Origin: Eledone cirrhosa
Taxonomy: Eukaryota
Direction of reading: 5' to 3'
Length of the DNA stretch: 64,000 bases
NCBI GenBank assembly: GCA_964016885.1
Contig: OZ024761.1
Coordinates: forward strand, 28,210,001-28,274,000
This document shows positions 44,209-59,397 of the stretch, piece after piece. A model generated the notes under the pieces. That model saw nothing but the letters and a program-made list of their open reading frames with translations. It did not search any database and was not told the origin of the DNA. The position numbers and the translations under genes were made by a program. Each line of letters begins with the position of its first letter. Positions within the stretch are counted from its first letter, which is position 1.

Positions 44209-44456
44209 TAGTCAGTTCTTAGATATGCCAGCTCTGTGTTTTTGGTGTTGATGGTTTCAGAGCCTTGGGACATAAAATAAAATAAACAAATCAATAGAAT
44301 AAACAATAAAAAGTCAATAAAAAATGAAATAAATAAAATATATATTTTATATGTTATATATATTTTATTTATTTCATTTTTTATTGAATTTTTATTGTTT
44401 ATTCTATTGATTTGTTTATTTTATTTTATTTGTCAGTTTATTTAGAGGGAAGGAGA

Positions 44457-44520
<64 letters not shown>

Positions 44521-45911
44521 CCTGCCTGTCTGTCTGTATGTCTGTCTGCCTGTCAGTTTGTCTGTCTGTCTGTCTGTCTGTCCCCTGATATTTTACAAAT
44601 GAACCATGTAATAATAAATACTGTAATTACTGCAGCTACTGGTGCACATTACATACACATACACACATACACACATGAAATACACATATACACACATACA
44701 TACATAGCATACATATATACACAGACAGACACATAAGCATACACACACACACATATATAAACACACATAAGCATGCACACAAAATACAAATACACACACA
44801 CACTGTGAGGCCCCTCCCCCTGGACCCCTGCCCCAGCCATATGCTGTAAGTAAACACTACCCAGGGACGGCTGCAAACATTAATATGCCTTCAACAAAAG
44901 GTATTTTACCAGGGAGACAATCTGTACAAACTTTGATGACAAGAAAACATATTTATTTAGACACCCAGATATACATATTGACTCACAGAGAGAGAGGGGG
45001 GGTAAGGGAGTAGGAGGGAGAGAGTGGGGAAGAGAGATTCACACACACACACACACACAGATATGCAGAAAGAGAGGGGGGAGGGGGAAGAGGAGGAGGG
45101 GAGAGATGGGGATAGAGAGATTCACACACGCATACACACACACACAGATATGCAGAAAGAGAGGGGGAGGGGGGATGGGGGAGGGGAGAGAGATTCACAC
45201 ACGCATATACACACACACAGAAATGCAGAATGAGAGGGGGGGCAGAGAGGGGGGAAGAGGGGGAGGGGAGAGATGGGAATAGAGAGAGTCACACATATCG
45301 ACACATACACACAGAAAGAGGGGGGGAAGATGTCAAGGAGGAGAAAAATGAGAGAGGAGGGGGAATATGGGGAGAGATGGCGAAAGAGAGATTCACACAC
45401 ATACACACAGAGTTACACAGAAAGAGGGGGAGGGAGAAGGAGAGGTAGGAGGAGAGAGGGGGGACAGAGAGATTCACACATACACACAGACACAGATTGA
45501 GACTCTTACTTACATACATACAGAGAGATTCACACACACACACACAGATTCACACATACAGAGAGAGAGAGAGTGAGATTCACACATACACACAAATTCA
45601 CGCATACACATAGAGACTCACACATACACACATACAGAGAGATTTGCACATCCCCACAGAGAGATCTACACATATATACATACAAAGAGATTCACACACA
45701 CACACAGAGATACTCACACAGACACAGATAATCATACACATTCAGAGAAACACACACAGACACAGATAATCATACACACATGTAAATAGATCTATAGCAG
45801 CATTGAGTTGTGTAACTACCATTTTATAAACATAATTATATATAGATCGAGGTAGATATAGACACTTTTACTTTTAATATATTTGTAGTTACATATGTAC
45901 AAATAATATAC

Positions 45912-45965
<54 letters not shown>

Positions 45966-46003
45966 ATATATATATATAGGGAAAAGCGGACGTAAAATGA
46001 TGA

Positions 46004-46049
<46 letters not shown>

Positions 46050-46237
46050 TTTTTGCCTTTTGCATACATATATATATATGATTTGATGTACTTTTTGTTG
46101 TGTTAACAGTGGTCTGAGGAACAGGCAGACTTGGAGTCTGGTCTGGGATGCCTGCCAGATCATGAGCCGGCTGCTTAAGAACCATTTGTAACTGGGTTGA
46201 GCAATAAATCTCCTTTATAACACCTTCACTCTATTCT

Positions 46238-46287
<50 letters not shown>

Positions 46288-46520
46288 GTGAGGTTTTTTT
46301 TACAAAAGGAAAAGTAACCGAGGTGTCCTACACGAGAGTAAGTATAAAGAAAAAAAGATGAAATCGAAAATGCAACTGGAGTCTTATTTAAAAAAAAATA
46401 TATATATTTATTTGGTTCCTTTACTGGTTTCGCAGTTCTTCTGCTTTTCAAAAGTAGAGTTGAGATGGAGGGTCTGTGGTTTTTCTCACATTTTTCTCAC
46501 ATATATATATATACATATAT

Positions 46521-46927
46521 GGTTTAAACGTTTGTCCAGGTATGGACATAGAATAAAGAATGCAAATGCAAAAGATATTGTTGACAATTAGTCTTTTCCC
46601 TTAGATTTATTTAAATATCCTTAATTTTCGAGATAATATCTCTTCTTCGGAGGGAAGTAAAGCGGTTAAACCAGTGTTCTAAATAGCTTGTTGGCAAACT
46701 ATTTAGAACACTGGTTTAATCACTTTACTTCCCTCCGAAGAAGAGATATTATCTCGAAAATTAAGGATATTTAAATAAATCTAAGGTAAAAGACTAATTG
46801 TCAACAATATCTTTTGTATTTGCATTCTTTATTCTATGTCCATACCTGCATTGTTTTGGCTTTATTATTCATATACAAACGTTTATACCTCATTACACAA
46901 TGCTTTAAGTGAACTATAACTTCCTCC
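46521..46927 (+). mobile_element. Fold-back mini-element
   Basis: 150 bp arms 46537-46686/46699-46848. The ~38 nt tail (cattacacaatgctttaagtgaactataacttcctcc) resembles the tail of the 2491-2914 element. Confidence 0.7.
46732..46766 (+). ncRNA. Minimal hammerhead variant (CCGAAGA core), mirrored on the minus strand
   Basis: cct-CCGAAGA-agagat(att)atctc-GAAAATTA-agg, present in both arms of the 46537-46848 inverted repeat. Confidence 0.6.
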
Positions 46928-46944
46928 ATATATATATATATATA

Positions 46945-49212
46945 TCATCATCATCGTTTAACGTCCATGTTCCACGCTTGCATTGGTTTGGACGGGAGTT
47001 TTCCCACTTGAGGCAAGAGTGGTTGTCATTGCTCGCATAGCACTGTTTTCTACAGCTGGATGACCTTCCTAACACCAACCACATTTACAGTGTGGGGCTG
47101 GGAGGTTTTTACCGTGTTGCCTACATGGCCACATTACAGCGTGGACTGTGTGTTTTTTTGTCGTGACACTTACACGATCTCATTTGGTTCGGCCTGGATG
47201 TTGTGGCACCAACATAACTTTACGTTGAAAGGGTCAGTGTGGATGGGGTGGGGGTGGTGGGACGGGGGTGTATTTTGTTAGAGATGCCTATTGACTGTAG
47301 TAGGTTTTACCTTGTATTTAGGTAAGGCGGGTCTTCTCTATTACTGAGTACCGCCAAAGGTCTCGGTCCAGTGACATTGTCTTGGAGAGGTGTAAGTGTG
47401 TGAGGTCGGAATTTATCAGGTCGTCCCAGGTTTTTCTGGGTGTGCCTACTCCGTGGCTACCGTCTATCTTTATTGCCCTACACTTTGTTATACAGCTGTC
47501 GTCTTTCATGCGCATCATGTGACCATACCAACGTAGCCTTCTCTCGAGTAAACAACATCTGATCCCTCTTATTTCTAATTTTTTCCTTAGTTCGTTTATG
47601 CTTTGCCGCTCACGTATATTACTATTACACATCCAGCGGAGCATGCAAGCTTCGTTCCTCTCTAGTCTGTGTATATCCTCTGCACACAATGCCCAGGTCT
47701 CACTGCCATGCAACATTGCTGTTCGTCTGCAGGCATCATACAACCTGCCTTTCATTTTTAGGGAGAACCCTTTAGCGGCTAATAGTGGTATAAGCTCTGT
47801 GAACTTTTTCCATCCAGTTCTGACTCTAGCTACTGTACTTTCAGAGCACCCTCCCCGACTGCTGATTTTGTCACCCAGGTAATGGAAGCTGTCCACTATT
47901 TCTATAGAACCCTCTGCGCAATTGAAAGAGCTAGTATTTTGTGGGCACTTGCTGCTACTTATTGCACCAGAGCACCAGCCACATGTAAAATCTATGTTCT
48001 TAGTTAGCTTACCTGTGATCCCACTACATCTTTTATGCACCCATACTTTGGATTTGGGACATAAAATGGAGTTTCTACCTACGCCTTTCCTACACACTGA
48101 GCATGGCCATTTCCCGGAAGGGACCGGTGCCTTATTTTCTTTCCTACAAACTAGAACTTTAGTCTTAGCCAGGTTAATTTTAAGGCCTTTTGATTCTAGG
48201 CCGTGCTTCCATGTTTGGAATTTCTTCTCTAGCTCGGCCATTGATTCAGCTATGAGCGTTAGATCATCTGCGTATAGGAGTTCCCATGGGCAGCTGGTTT
48301 TGAACTCCACTGTTATAGCCTGAAGGGCAATAATAAATAGTAGGGGGCTAAGAACCGAGCCCTGACGAACACCAACTTTTACGCTAAACTCTTCACTATA
48401 TTCGTTGTTAATTCTAACCTTGCTGACTGTTTCTTTATACATGGCTTGTATAGCTCTCACAAGCCATTCGTCAACACCTAGTTTTCTAAGAGCCCACCAG
48501 ATAATGGAACAGGGGACTCTGTCGAAGGCTTTCTCCAAGTCGACAAAAGCTAAGTATAGGGATTTACTTTTAGCTAGGTACTTCTCCTGTAGTTGTCGTA
48601 CAATGAAAAGAGCATCTGTGGTACTTTTGCCTGACACAAACCCGGACTGCATTTCATCTAGATCAATTCTCTCTCTGATTAGTTGCGCTATTACTTTTTC
48701 CGTGACCTTCATGACCTGGTCGATTAATTTAATGCCTCTATAGTTACTCCTATCTAGGGCATCTCCTTTACCCTTGTAACGGTTAATGATGATGCTGCTA
48801 CGCCAGTCCTTTTCGGAACAACCCCATTCTGTATGACTTGGTTTACTATCCGGGTGAACATAGTGTGACCCACCGTTCGAGATGCTTTCAGCATTTCGGC
48901 AACTATTTCCAAAGGCCCAGCCGCCTTACCCGTCTTCATATCTTTGATTGCCTTACTTATTATACTACCTTCGACTAACACTGCTGGTCCCTCTATTGGG
49001 TCGATGTGGGGGAGACTGTCTTTCTCCCATTTATTCTCCTCATTTAGTAGCCTTTCGTAGTGACACTTCCAAGCTACCTTCTTATCAGCGTCAGTGATGG
49101 CAAGTACGCCATCATCATTAAGTACTCACTTCTCCCCGACAATATCACGGTTTTCCTTGACTCATTGCCTAGCAATCCTGAACACCTCACGTTTTTGGTC
49201 CTCACGTTGTAG
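46945..49212 (-). mobile_element. 5'-truncated RTE-clade LINE (reverse transcriptase plus 3' UTR)
   Basis: ORF 47318-48712 with FVDLEKAFDRV, GVRQGSVLSP, LLYADD, a PHD-like Cys cluster and RRLRWYGH; frameshifted upstream; (GAT)n tail at 46945. Confidence 0.93.
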
Positions 49213-49391
49213 AAATATATATATATATTATATATATATATTATATATATATATATATGCAAAAGTTCTATTTAAAATTGTTGGGATACAACAAGTAAAT
49301 ATTTTTATAACTGATATAAAGCACTCGACAAGTGTTTGGAGTAGATATATGATATTAATAAATGGAAACTATATTTATAAAACCATATTTA

Positions 49392-49453
49392 TTTCATTAT
49401 ACATATTTCAGGGATAACCAAATTAAATTATGGTATGCCTTCATCAGACAAAA
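49392..49453 (-). ncRNA. Hammerhead ribozyme; inverted copy on + strand at 50316-50371
   Basis: Reverse complement ttttgt-CTGATGA-aggcatacca...tggttatccct-GAAATATGTATA-atgaaa. Related degenerate copies near 10870-10946, 21168-21227 and 61253-61309 (all minus strand). Confidence 0.7.
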
Positions 49454-50654
49454 TACAATATATAACAGTTTTACAAATAAGCTTTGACGTACCCTTTTAA
49501 AATGCAACCATTATTTTTGGAAGCCATCTGGATAGTGAATTGTTTATATTATTTTAATAAGTCTTAGTGTTAAGGACAATTAGAAAAAGACGGAGAGAAA
49601 GAAAAAAGACGGAGAGAGAGAAAAAAGAAAAAGAAAAAAACGTGGAGAAATATCGGAGAGAGAGAAATGCATTGAGAGAAAAGAGAGAGATAAATAAAGA
49701 CAGGAGGAAAGAAAGAAAAAAGAAAAAAGGAAGAAATAAGAAAAACAGAGGAAAGCAACAGAGAGATATCAAGTCATCAGACAGATAGAAAAACTCAAGA
49801 GAGAGAAATAATATATAGAGAGAGGGGGAGATAATGAAAACTTTACATCATGTCATATTAAGTTGAGTTAACAATTTATATGAAATGAATAATAAAAATA
49901 TAAATATTAATATTCATGAATGGGACATAAATATATAATATGAGAAATTAAACATTGTTTAATAATGATTATATGTTTAGTTTAAAACTTGAGATCAATA
50001 TACTAAAATTTGAGAAACCACTATCTTACGGCAAAGATAGACAAATATATATATATATATACACACGTCCTGAAAATAGAAATTATATCTATTCAGGTCT
50101 ACAATATAGACATACAAAACGCAAATGATTTCTCTTAATCACTGCTATACATTCCTTGTGTTATAAAAAGTTCACAGTATATATACATAGATATATACGA
50201 TTAACATTCATGCCTTCATATATACATTCTGTTAAAATTATGCATATCTGCAATCAAAACTGCGTGGGTAGGCATGCACACGCATAACTCTCACCCACAC
50301 ACATACATATACATACTGATGAAGGCATACCATAATTTAATTTGGTTATCCCTGAAATATGTATAATGAAATAAATATGGTTTTATAAATATAGTTTCCA
50401 TTTATTAATATCGTATATATATATATATATATAGTAATAATAAATGTGAAGACAAGGATCGTATATATAATATATATTATAAACCTGTAGACCAAATATT
50501 TATTATAAGAACAGATTAAAGTTTAAGCAAAGAATCGTTGCTTTCACCTTTAACGGTAACTTCTGAAGATATATATATATGTGTGTGTGTGTATATATAT
50601 AGGCAAGGCATGGAATGGTGGTATTCCCTATCAATGATGTGGGTTTGTTTGATC

Positions 50655-50900
50655 AAGAAAACTATGTAAATGAGCCTATTCAAAGCAACAGTTGAGTCCA
50701 TTTTCCTATGTGAGTCATTGACACTAACAAAAACACTCACAAACAGGATTAATGGCACATTCATGTGAATGCTGGGAAAGGTCCAGAACATATCCTGGAG
50801 AACATATGTAGCAAATAAATCATTCTACAAATCACACCTTCACCTTTCTGACATCATAAAGCATAGGAGGTTTGTATTAGCTGGACATGTCAAATATCAC
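50655..50900 (+). mobile_element. Old RTE-like LINE fragment
   Basis: LFKATVESI..LTKTL..ML..QNISW..N..Y..SDIIKHRRFVLAGHV, the post-RT region of RTE elements. Confidence 0.65.
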
Positions 50901-52728
50901 AATACACACACGCACACATATATATATACACACACACACACACGTGTATACTTCTTGATACAGGTCAGTGTAACTCAGTGGAGTGTACTTGAAATTTTTT
51001 CTATTTCTTGACCACAACCAGTAAAGATGCTGAAGGACACTATGTTTGAAAGTGTTTGCTGTTACATCCTTATAATTATTTTCAATGCTACCTGGTAGTT
51101 AATATGGTTGCTCTGTATATGATTCTTTAGATAGGCAGGATCCTCTGTGAGGGCATTTGGATGTGTTTCATTAGTTATGTGTTGATGGTGTAGAGGGAAA
51201 TGTACAGTGATGATTACGGAGTGGAGTGGAGATGGAGGTGGGATGGTAATGGTGTGGTGAATGTACAGTGATGAAGGTCAGAGGGGTGATGGTGTTGGTT
51301 GTGGTGAGGTGGTGACGGCAGTGGAGTGGTGAATGTGGTGGGTGATTAAGGTGGGGTGGTGATGGTGGTGGGGTGGTGATGGCAGTGTAGTGGTGGGTTA
51401 GTGATGGTGGTAGGGTGGTTATGGTGGTGGGGTGGTGGAGTGCTGATGGTGGTGTAGTGGCGAAAGCAGTGTAGTGGTGATGGCAGTGGAGTGGTGATGG
51501 TGGTGGAGTGGCGATGGTGGCGGAGTGATGATGGCAGTGGAGTGGTGACAGTGGTAATGGCGGTGGAGTGGTGATATCGGTGATGGTGGTGATAGTGGTG
51601 AGGGCGGTGGGGTGGTGTAGCGGCGATGGTGGTGGAGTGACAATGGTGGTGGAGTGGTAAAGGCGGTGTGGTGATGGTGTTGGAGTGGTGATGGTGGTGG
51701 GAAGGTATGGTGGTGGGGTGGTGATGAAGGGTTGACATTGTAGCCTTTGATCTGAGAAGCTATTTTGTCCATACATGAATAACTGATCATAATGTTGTGC
51801 AAGTCAAAGTGTATGTATGTGTAGTGTATATATGTGTATATTAGTGTGTATACGTTGTGTGTGTATGCGTATATGTGTGTGCATGTGTCCAACCCTTGCA
51901 AGCAGGGAAAAGCGGACGTAAAATGATGATGATGATGATGATGATGTGTATATGCGTGTATACTTATATGTGGGTGTATATGTGTGAGAATGCATGTGTG
52001 TGTGTGTGTGTGTATTCGTGTGTATGCATGTGTATGTGCGTGTGCATGTGTATATGTGTATGCATACATGAATGTACGTGTGCATGCATGTGTATATCTG
52101 TATGTGTATGTGTGTATGCATGCATCTATGTGTGTATGAGTGCATGCGTTTGTATATGTGTATGTGGTGTATGTGTACATGTATGTATATATGCTTGCGT
52201 ATGTGCATGTGTATGTGCGTATGTGCACGTGTATGTGTGTATACATGTATGCATGCCTATATATATATATATATATACATATATATATACATATACATAT
52301 ATATACATATATATATACAAATACATATATATATATACATATACATATATATATATACATATACATATATATATATACATATACATATATATATACATAT
52401 ACATATATATATATACATATACATATATATATACATATATACATATACATATACATATATATATATACATATACATATATATATATACATATATATATAC
52501 ATATACATATATATATATACATATACATATATATATATATACATACATATACATATATATACATATATATATATATATATACATACATATACATATATAT
52601 ACATATATATATATATATATACATACATATACATATATATACATATATATATATATATATACATACATATACATATATATACATATATATACATATATAT
52701 ATATATACATATATATACATATATATAC

Positions 52729-52777
<49 letters not shown>

Positions 52778-52782
52778 CATAT

Positions 52783-52828
<46 letters not shown>

Positions 52829-53643
52829 GTCTGTATGTAAGTATATGTATGTGTACAAGTGTCTGCAGGGGGGGGGGGGCAGAGGATAGAATGTTCTTAT
52901 TAGTGTTAGGAAGTTCCTGGCTAGTTCCATGGTCACTTCAGTATCTCCACTCATTCAGTTCAAGGATCAGAGAAAATTTCAGAATGAAAGATGTGAGAAT
53001 GAAACAAAGTAAGAAACAAACAAACAAAGCAGGAAAGAAAGAAAGAAAGTAAGAAAGAGAGAAAGTAAGAAAGAGAGAGAGAAAATAAGAAAGAGAGAAA
53101 GTAAGAAAGAGAGAAAATAAGAAAGAGAGAAAGTAAGAAAGAGAGAAAATGAGTGAAAGAGAAAGTGAGAAAGAAAAAGAAAAAGAAAACAAAGCAAGGA
53201 ACGAAAATCAAGAAGTCAAAAAGAAAAGTATGGAAGGTTGGAAGGAACAAAAGACGAAACAAAAAGAATAACAAGAAGAAGGAAAAATCAAAGAAATAAT
53301 TTGAAATTAGAATGAAAAGAGAAAGGAAAGTGATGGAGAGAAAGGAAAGAGAGATAAAGAGAAGGGAAAGAGGTGGAGAGAGAGGAAAGAGAGGTAGATA
53401 GAAAAAAGATGGAGAGAGGGGAGAGAGATGAAGGGAAAGGAAAGAGGTGGAGAGAGGAAAGAGATGGAGAGAAAGGAAAGCGGCAGAGAGAAGAAACAAG
53501 GAGCCGTTGATGTCCCATTTGATCAGGAAAAGAAATCACTACCTCAACATATACAGAGAGAGGGGGAGAGAGAGAGAGAAAGGGGCAAACAAGGAGCGTT
53601 GGTGGGAGTAGAAGAGAAGCTTACTGACAGAGGCACATACGTA

Positions 53644-53707
<64 letters not shown>

Positions 53708-53715
53708 TGTATATA

Positions 53716-53774
<59 letters not shown>

Positions 53775-53784
53775 ATATATATAC

Positions 53785-53821
<37 letters not shown>

Positions 53822-54056
53822 CATTATTAGGTATAGGATTACCCAAGATGTAGTAATGCTGAGGATACAATGGTCGCAGCATTGGATATTTGAGTTCTGC
53901 AAATACTTGTAAATTTGCACATAGCATAACTAGGCTGTAGTACCACCGTGGAAACATTTGTAAGCACACAGAATAAATTACCTTTTTATGATGTCTACCT
54001 GTTATTATTCATTCTTTATATATATATATACATATATATATATGTATATAGATGTG

Positions 54057-54090
<34 letters not shown>

Positions 54091-54217
54091 CATACGTATA
54101 TATATGTATATATATATATATACATACGTATATATATGTATATATATATATACATACGTATATATATATATATATATATATACATACGTATATATATATA
54201 TATATATATATACATAC

Positions 54218-54256
<39 letters not shown>

Positions 54257-54322
54257 TACATATATGTATATATATATATATACATATATATATATACACA
54301 TATATATATATGTATATATATG

Positions 54323-54358
<36 letters not shown>

Positions 54359-54408
54359 TATGTATATATATATATATATACATATATATGTATATATATA
54401 TACATACG

Positions 54409-54502
<94 letters not shown>

Positions 54503-54581
54503 CACCTACATATATATATATATATATATACACATACATACATATATATATATACACATACATACATATATATATATACAC

Positions 54582-54645
<64 letters not shown>

Positions 54646-54652
54646 ACATACA

Positions 54653-54699
<47 letters not shown>

Positions 54700-54738
54700 A
54701 TGTATCTATGTATATATATATGTATGTATGTATATATG

Positions 54739-54774
<36 letters not shown>

Positions 54775-54996
54775 CATACATACATAGAGACACAGACAGA
54801 AACACACACCTGTAAAATACAAAATATAAATAAGTTATAGGTTAAAAAAAAAACCTTTTTATCTTTTAGTCTCTTTAATAGATTGTATGGTGATTATATA
54901 TATATATACATATATATATATATACATATATATGTATATATATACAATATATATATATGTATATATATATACAATATATATATATATGTATATATA

Positions 54997-56759
54997 TACA
55001 AAGGTAAAGGCGATGCACTAGATAGAGGAAGCTATAGAGGTATAAAGCTGATAGACCAGATCATGAAAGTAACAGAAAGAGTTTTAGCACAGTTGATTAG
55101 GGACCAGGTGAAACTAAATGAGATGCAATTTGGGTTTGTACCAGGAAGAGACACCACTGATGCCCTCCTCCTTGTGAGGCAGTTACAGGAAAAGTACCTA
55201 GCTAAAAGTAAGCCACTCTACTTGGCATTTGTCGACCTTGAGAAACCCTTTGACAGAGTTCCACGTGCTATAATCTGGTGGGCTCTTAGAAAACTAGGAG
55301 TAGATGAATGGCTTGTGAAAGCTGTACAAGCCATGTATAGGGGAGCAGTCAGCAAAGTTAGGATTAGCAATGAGTATAGTGGGGAATTTAGCGTACAGGT
55401 TGGGGTCCACCAGGGCTCTGTTCTTAGCCCTCTCCTGTTCATCATAGTCCTGCAGGCAATAACAGAGGAGTTTAAGACCGGATGCCCATGGGAACTCCTG
55501 TATGCTGATGACCTCGCACTTACAGCTGAATCTATGGTAGAACTAGAGAAGAAATTCCAAACTTGGAAGCAGGGACTAGAAAGAAAGGGTCTCAAAGTCA
55601 ACATGACAAAGACTAAGGTCCTTGTAAGTAGACGAGAAAACAGAACCCAGATCCCCTAAGGTAAATGGCCTTGCTCAGTATGTAGGAAAGGTGTAGGTAG
55701 GAACTCCATTCTCTGCCCCAAATGCAAACAATGGGTACACAAGAGATGTTGCGGGATCTCAGAAAGCTTAATTAAGAATGTAGGCTTCACATGCAGCAGC
55801 TGTGCTGGGACAGCAAGCAGCAAACAGCCACAGGAAACAAGTACCACCAATCTCTGGGAGGGCTCTGTAGAAACAGTAGACAGCTTCTGCTACCTAGGTG
55901 ACCGAGGTGGGTGTTCAGAAAGTACAATAACTAGGGTAAGAACGAGATGGAAGAAGTTTAGGGAACTACTACCACTGCTAGCTGCAAAAGGCTTCTCCCT
56001 CAAAATGAAAGGCAGACTGTATGATGCATGTAGCCGAACAGCAATGTTACATGGTAGTGAGACCTGGGCGCTGAAGATGGAAGACTTACGTAGATTAGAA
56101 AGAAACAAAGCCTGCATGCTCCGATGGATGTGTAATAGTAATATACGCGAACAACAAAGCATAAATGAATTGAGAGAGAGACAGAGCATAAGAGGAATCA
56201 AATGCTGTGTGCAGGAGAGATGGTTGCATTGGTATGGACATGTGATGCGTATGAAGGATGACAGCTGCATAAAACGGTGCAGAGCACTAGTAGTCGATGG
56301 AAGCCGTGGAGTGGGGAGACCCAAGATGACTTGGGATGAGGTGATAAAAGCCGACCTTACCCAATTACACCTCTCAAATGCGATGACACACGACCGTGAC
56401 CTCTGGCGTCACACAGTAATACAGAGTACCCGACCTCCCATGGGTACAAGCTGAAGCATATAGACAATATAGACAATATGCCCCCACACCCTCCCACTGC
56501 AAGGTGGTCGTGGAGGTGCCACGGCAAAAAAGCACCCAGCCCACACTGTAAAGTGGACGTGTAGGCGTCACGGATAAAGTACCCAGCACTCACTGTAAAT
56601 GAGGTTGGTGTTAGGAAGGGCATCCAGCTGTAGAAATCAAGCCAAAATCAGTTCCTGTATGAGCAAGGCATGGTCAACCAACCAGATACTGACCACAACA
56701 GGACAACGCGTCTAACCCATGCTAGCATGGAAGAACGGGTGTAAAACGGTGATGATGAT
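54997..56759 (+). mobile_element. 5'-truncated RTE-clade LINE
   Basis: YRGIKL, FVDLEKPFDRV, GVHQGSVLSP and LLYADD; stop at 55657 and later frameshifts; 3' UTR with (GAT)n tail. Confidence 0.93.
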
Positions 56760-56836
56760 AAATATATATATATATATAGAAACGTCTGATTTATTCATCA
56801 GATGAAATATTTAACTATATATACATATATATAAAC

Positions 56837-56921
<85 letters not shown>

Positions 56922-56988
56922 CATATCTATATAACTATCTATCTATATATGTATATATATATATATATACACAGATATATTTACATAT

Positions 56989-57029
<41 letters not shown>

Positions 57030-57053
57030 GGTGTATATGTAAATATATCTGTG

Positions 57054-57086
<33 letters not shown>

Positions 57087-57124
57087 ATATATACACACAC
57101 AGATATATTTACATATACACATAC

Positions 57125-57179
<55 letters not shown>

Positions 57180-57192
57180 CATATACACATAC

Positions 57193-57243
<51 letters not shown>

Positions 57244-58374
57244 CATATACATATACAAGAGTGTGTATATATGAATTTATACACACACACACACACACAC
57301 AACACACACATATATATTAAATGGCTTGCTGTTTGGAAGATATTCAAAACGAAATATTTCTCATTTTGTAACGCTTAACTCCAAAGACAGCAGTGCCAAA
57401 TACTTTCTAAAGAGATGCAAACGACTGCTTGTGTGTGTGAGAGAAGGGGACATGGGGATGGGGAGAAGAGAGGGAGAGAGGGGAGGGGGGGGGAGAAGGA
57501 GTAACAGTCAAGAAAGAGGGAGGAGAGAGAGAGAGATAGAATGGAGGAAAGAGACAGAGTAGAACAGAAAGAGACGGGGAGAGACAGCGAGAGAGAAGGG
57601 AAGAAACAGAGTGACAGAGAGAGTGAAGAGAGAGACAGAGAACAATAGGAGAGAGAGAGAAACAAGGATGGGAAAGAGGGAGGAAGAGAGGGAGAGAGAG
57701 AAAGATAGAGGCAAGAATGAGGGAGACTTTACAGTGTTTCTGTCAAGCAACTATATATATACATATATATATATATAACAAAGGAATTGTGGTAAGGAAC
57801 GAGATGGACCATAACGCACCAGAGTACTCAATACTTAGGGTAGTAGAGTGGGTAATAGGAAAAAGTATGACCCCGACGGCAGAGCTTAAGCCGTTTCGAC
57901 GGCTATTTCAGTCCAGAAATAGCCGTCGAAATGGCTTGAGCTCTGCCGTCGGGGTCATACTTTCTCTCTCTCTATATATATATATATATACAAGGCCAGG
58001 GGGAGAAGATATTTACTGCTGAAAGTACTGATCAAAAGCCTTCCAACCGTGACCACTCCTCTTTATGAAAGTGTTTTCCAGGTAACTGGAACCTAGCTTT
58101 GTAGTCTTCCAGAAAAGTTCCTCCATGAGAAACACATGCCATTTATTATGGAAGTCACAAAGACCGTTTGACAATCTGATAATGCAACAAACAAGAAAGA
58201 CTTTGTAACGTTATGTGATCTGATGTTATCTTACCACAGATATACACACACATTCATACATATACACATATACATCTATCTATACATATATACATATTTA
58301 AGATATACACACACATTCATACATATCCACATATACACACATACATCTATCTATATATATATATATATATATAT

Positions 58375-58878
58375 ATTTAAGATAGAAATGGCTTCTACAG
58401 GACTAGAAATCCCTTTTCTGATAATTTCTTTCGAATGAAACAGTTCTAGTCCTGTAGAAGCCATTTCTATTTTAAATTTTTATACTCATGGAGGCACATG
58501 GCTTAGTGGTTAGAGCATTGGCCTTGCAATCAAAGGGTTGTGAGTTCAATTCTCAGACCGGGTGATGTGTTGTTTCCTTGAGCAAGACACTTTATTTCAC
58601 ATTGCTCCAGTTTACTCAGCTGTAGAAATGAGATGATAGGGACTGGGGTCCCTATCATTCCACTGCAAAGTGGTCATGGAGGTGCCACGGCAGAAAAGCA
58701 CCCACCACTAACTGTAAAATGAGGTTGGTGTTAGGAAGGGCATCCAGCTGTAGAGATCAAGCCAGAATCAGTTCCTGTCCCACCTTTGGAAGCAGGGAAA
58801 AAGCGGACGTAAAATGAAATGATGATGATATGTATTGAGTACCTTACTGTTACCTCTGATTGAACCCAGGATACACAC
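58375..58878 (+). mobile_element. Fold-back mini-element with a SINE inserted in its tail; family also near 10097-10220, 10492-10655 and 36271-36353
   Basis: Arms 58375-58408/58444-58477 around a degenerate hammerhead (CTGATAA..GAAAC); the tail resumes at 58830 after the SINE. Confidence 0.65.
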
Positions 58879-58914
58879 ATATATGTATGTATGTGTGTAT
58901 GTATGTATACATAT

Positions 58915-59397
58915 ATCATCATCATCATCATCACTGTTTTACGTCCGTTCTTCCACGCTAGCATGGGTTAGACGGGTTGTCCTGTTGTGGGCAGTGTCTG
59001 GTCGGCTGACCATGCCTTGCTCATACAGGAACTGATTTGGCTTGATTTCTACAGCTGGATGCCCTTCCTAACACCAACCTCATTTACAGTGAGTGCTGGG
59101 TGCTTTTTTCCGTGGCGCCTACACGTCCACTTTACAGTGTGGGCTGGGGGCTTTTTTACCATGGCACCTCCACGACCACTTTCCAGTGGGAGGGTGTGGG
59201 GGGCATATTGTCTATATGCTTCAGCTTCGGCTTGTACCTGTGGGGGGGGGGGTCTTCTGTATTATTTGCGTGACGCCAGAGGTCACGGTCGTGTGTCATT
59301 ACCTTTGAGAGGTGTAATTGGGTAAGGTCGACCTTTATCACCTCATCCCAGGTCTTCTTGGGTCTCCCCCACTCCGCGATTTCCATCGACTTCTAGT
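58915..59397 (-). mobile_element. RTE LINE 3' fragment
   Basis: GRPKKTWDEVIK...DRDLWR plus 3' UTR, homologous to 56290-56759. Further 3' UTR fragments lie at 59417-59945 and 60223-60385. Confidence 0.85.

Noticed and set aside
44269-44434. AT-rich inverted repeat
   Set aside because: A real fold-back, but too low in complexity to assign to a family or tail, so it was not called as an element.
49965-50040. Possible C-terminus of a PLE GIY-YIG ORF on the minus strand
   Set aside because: Only a few residues resemble the motif and there is an in-frame stop.
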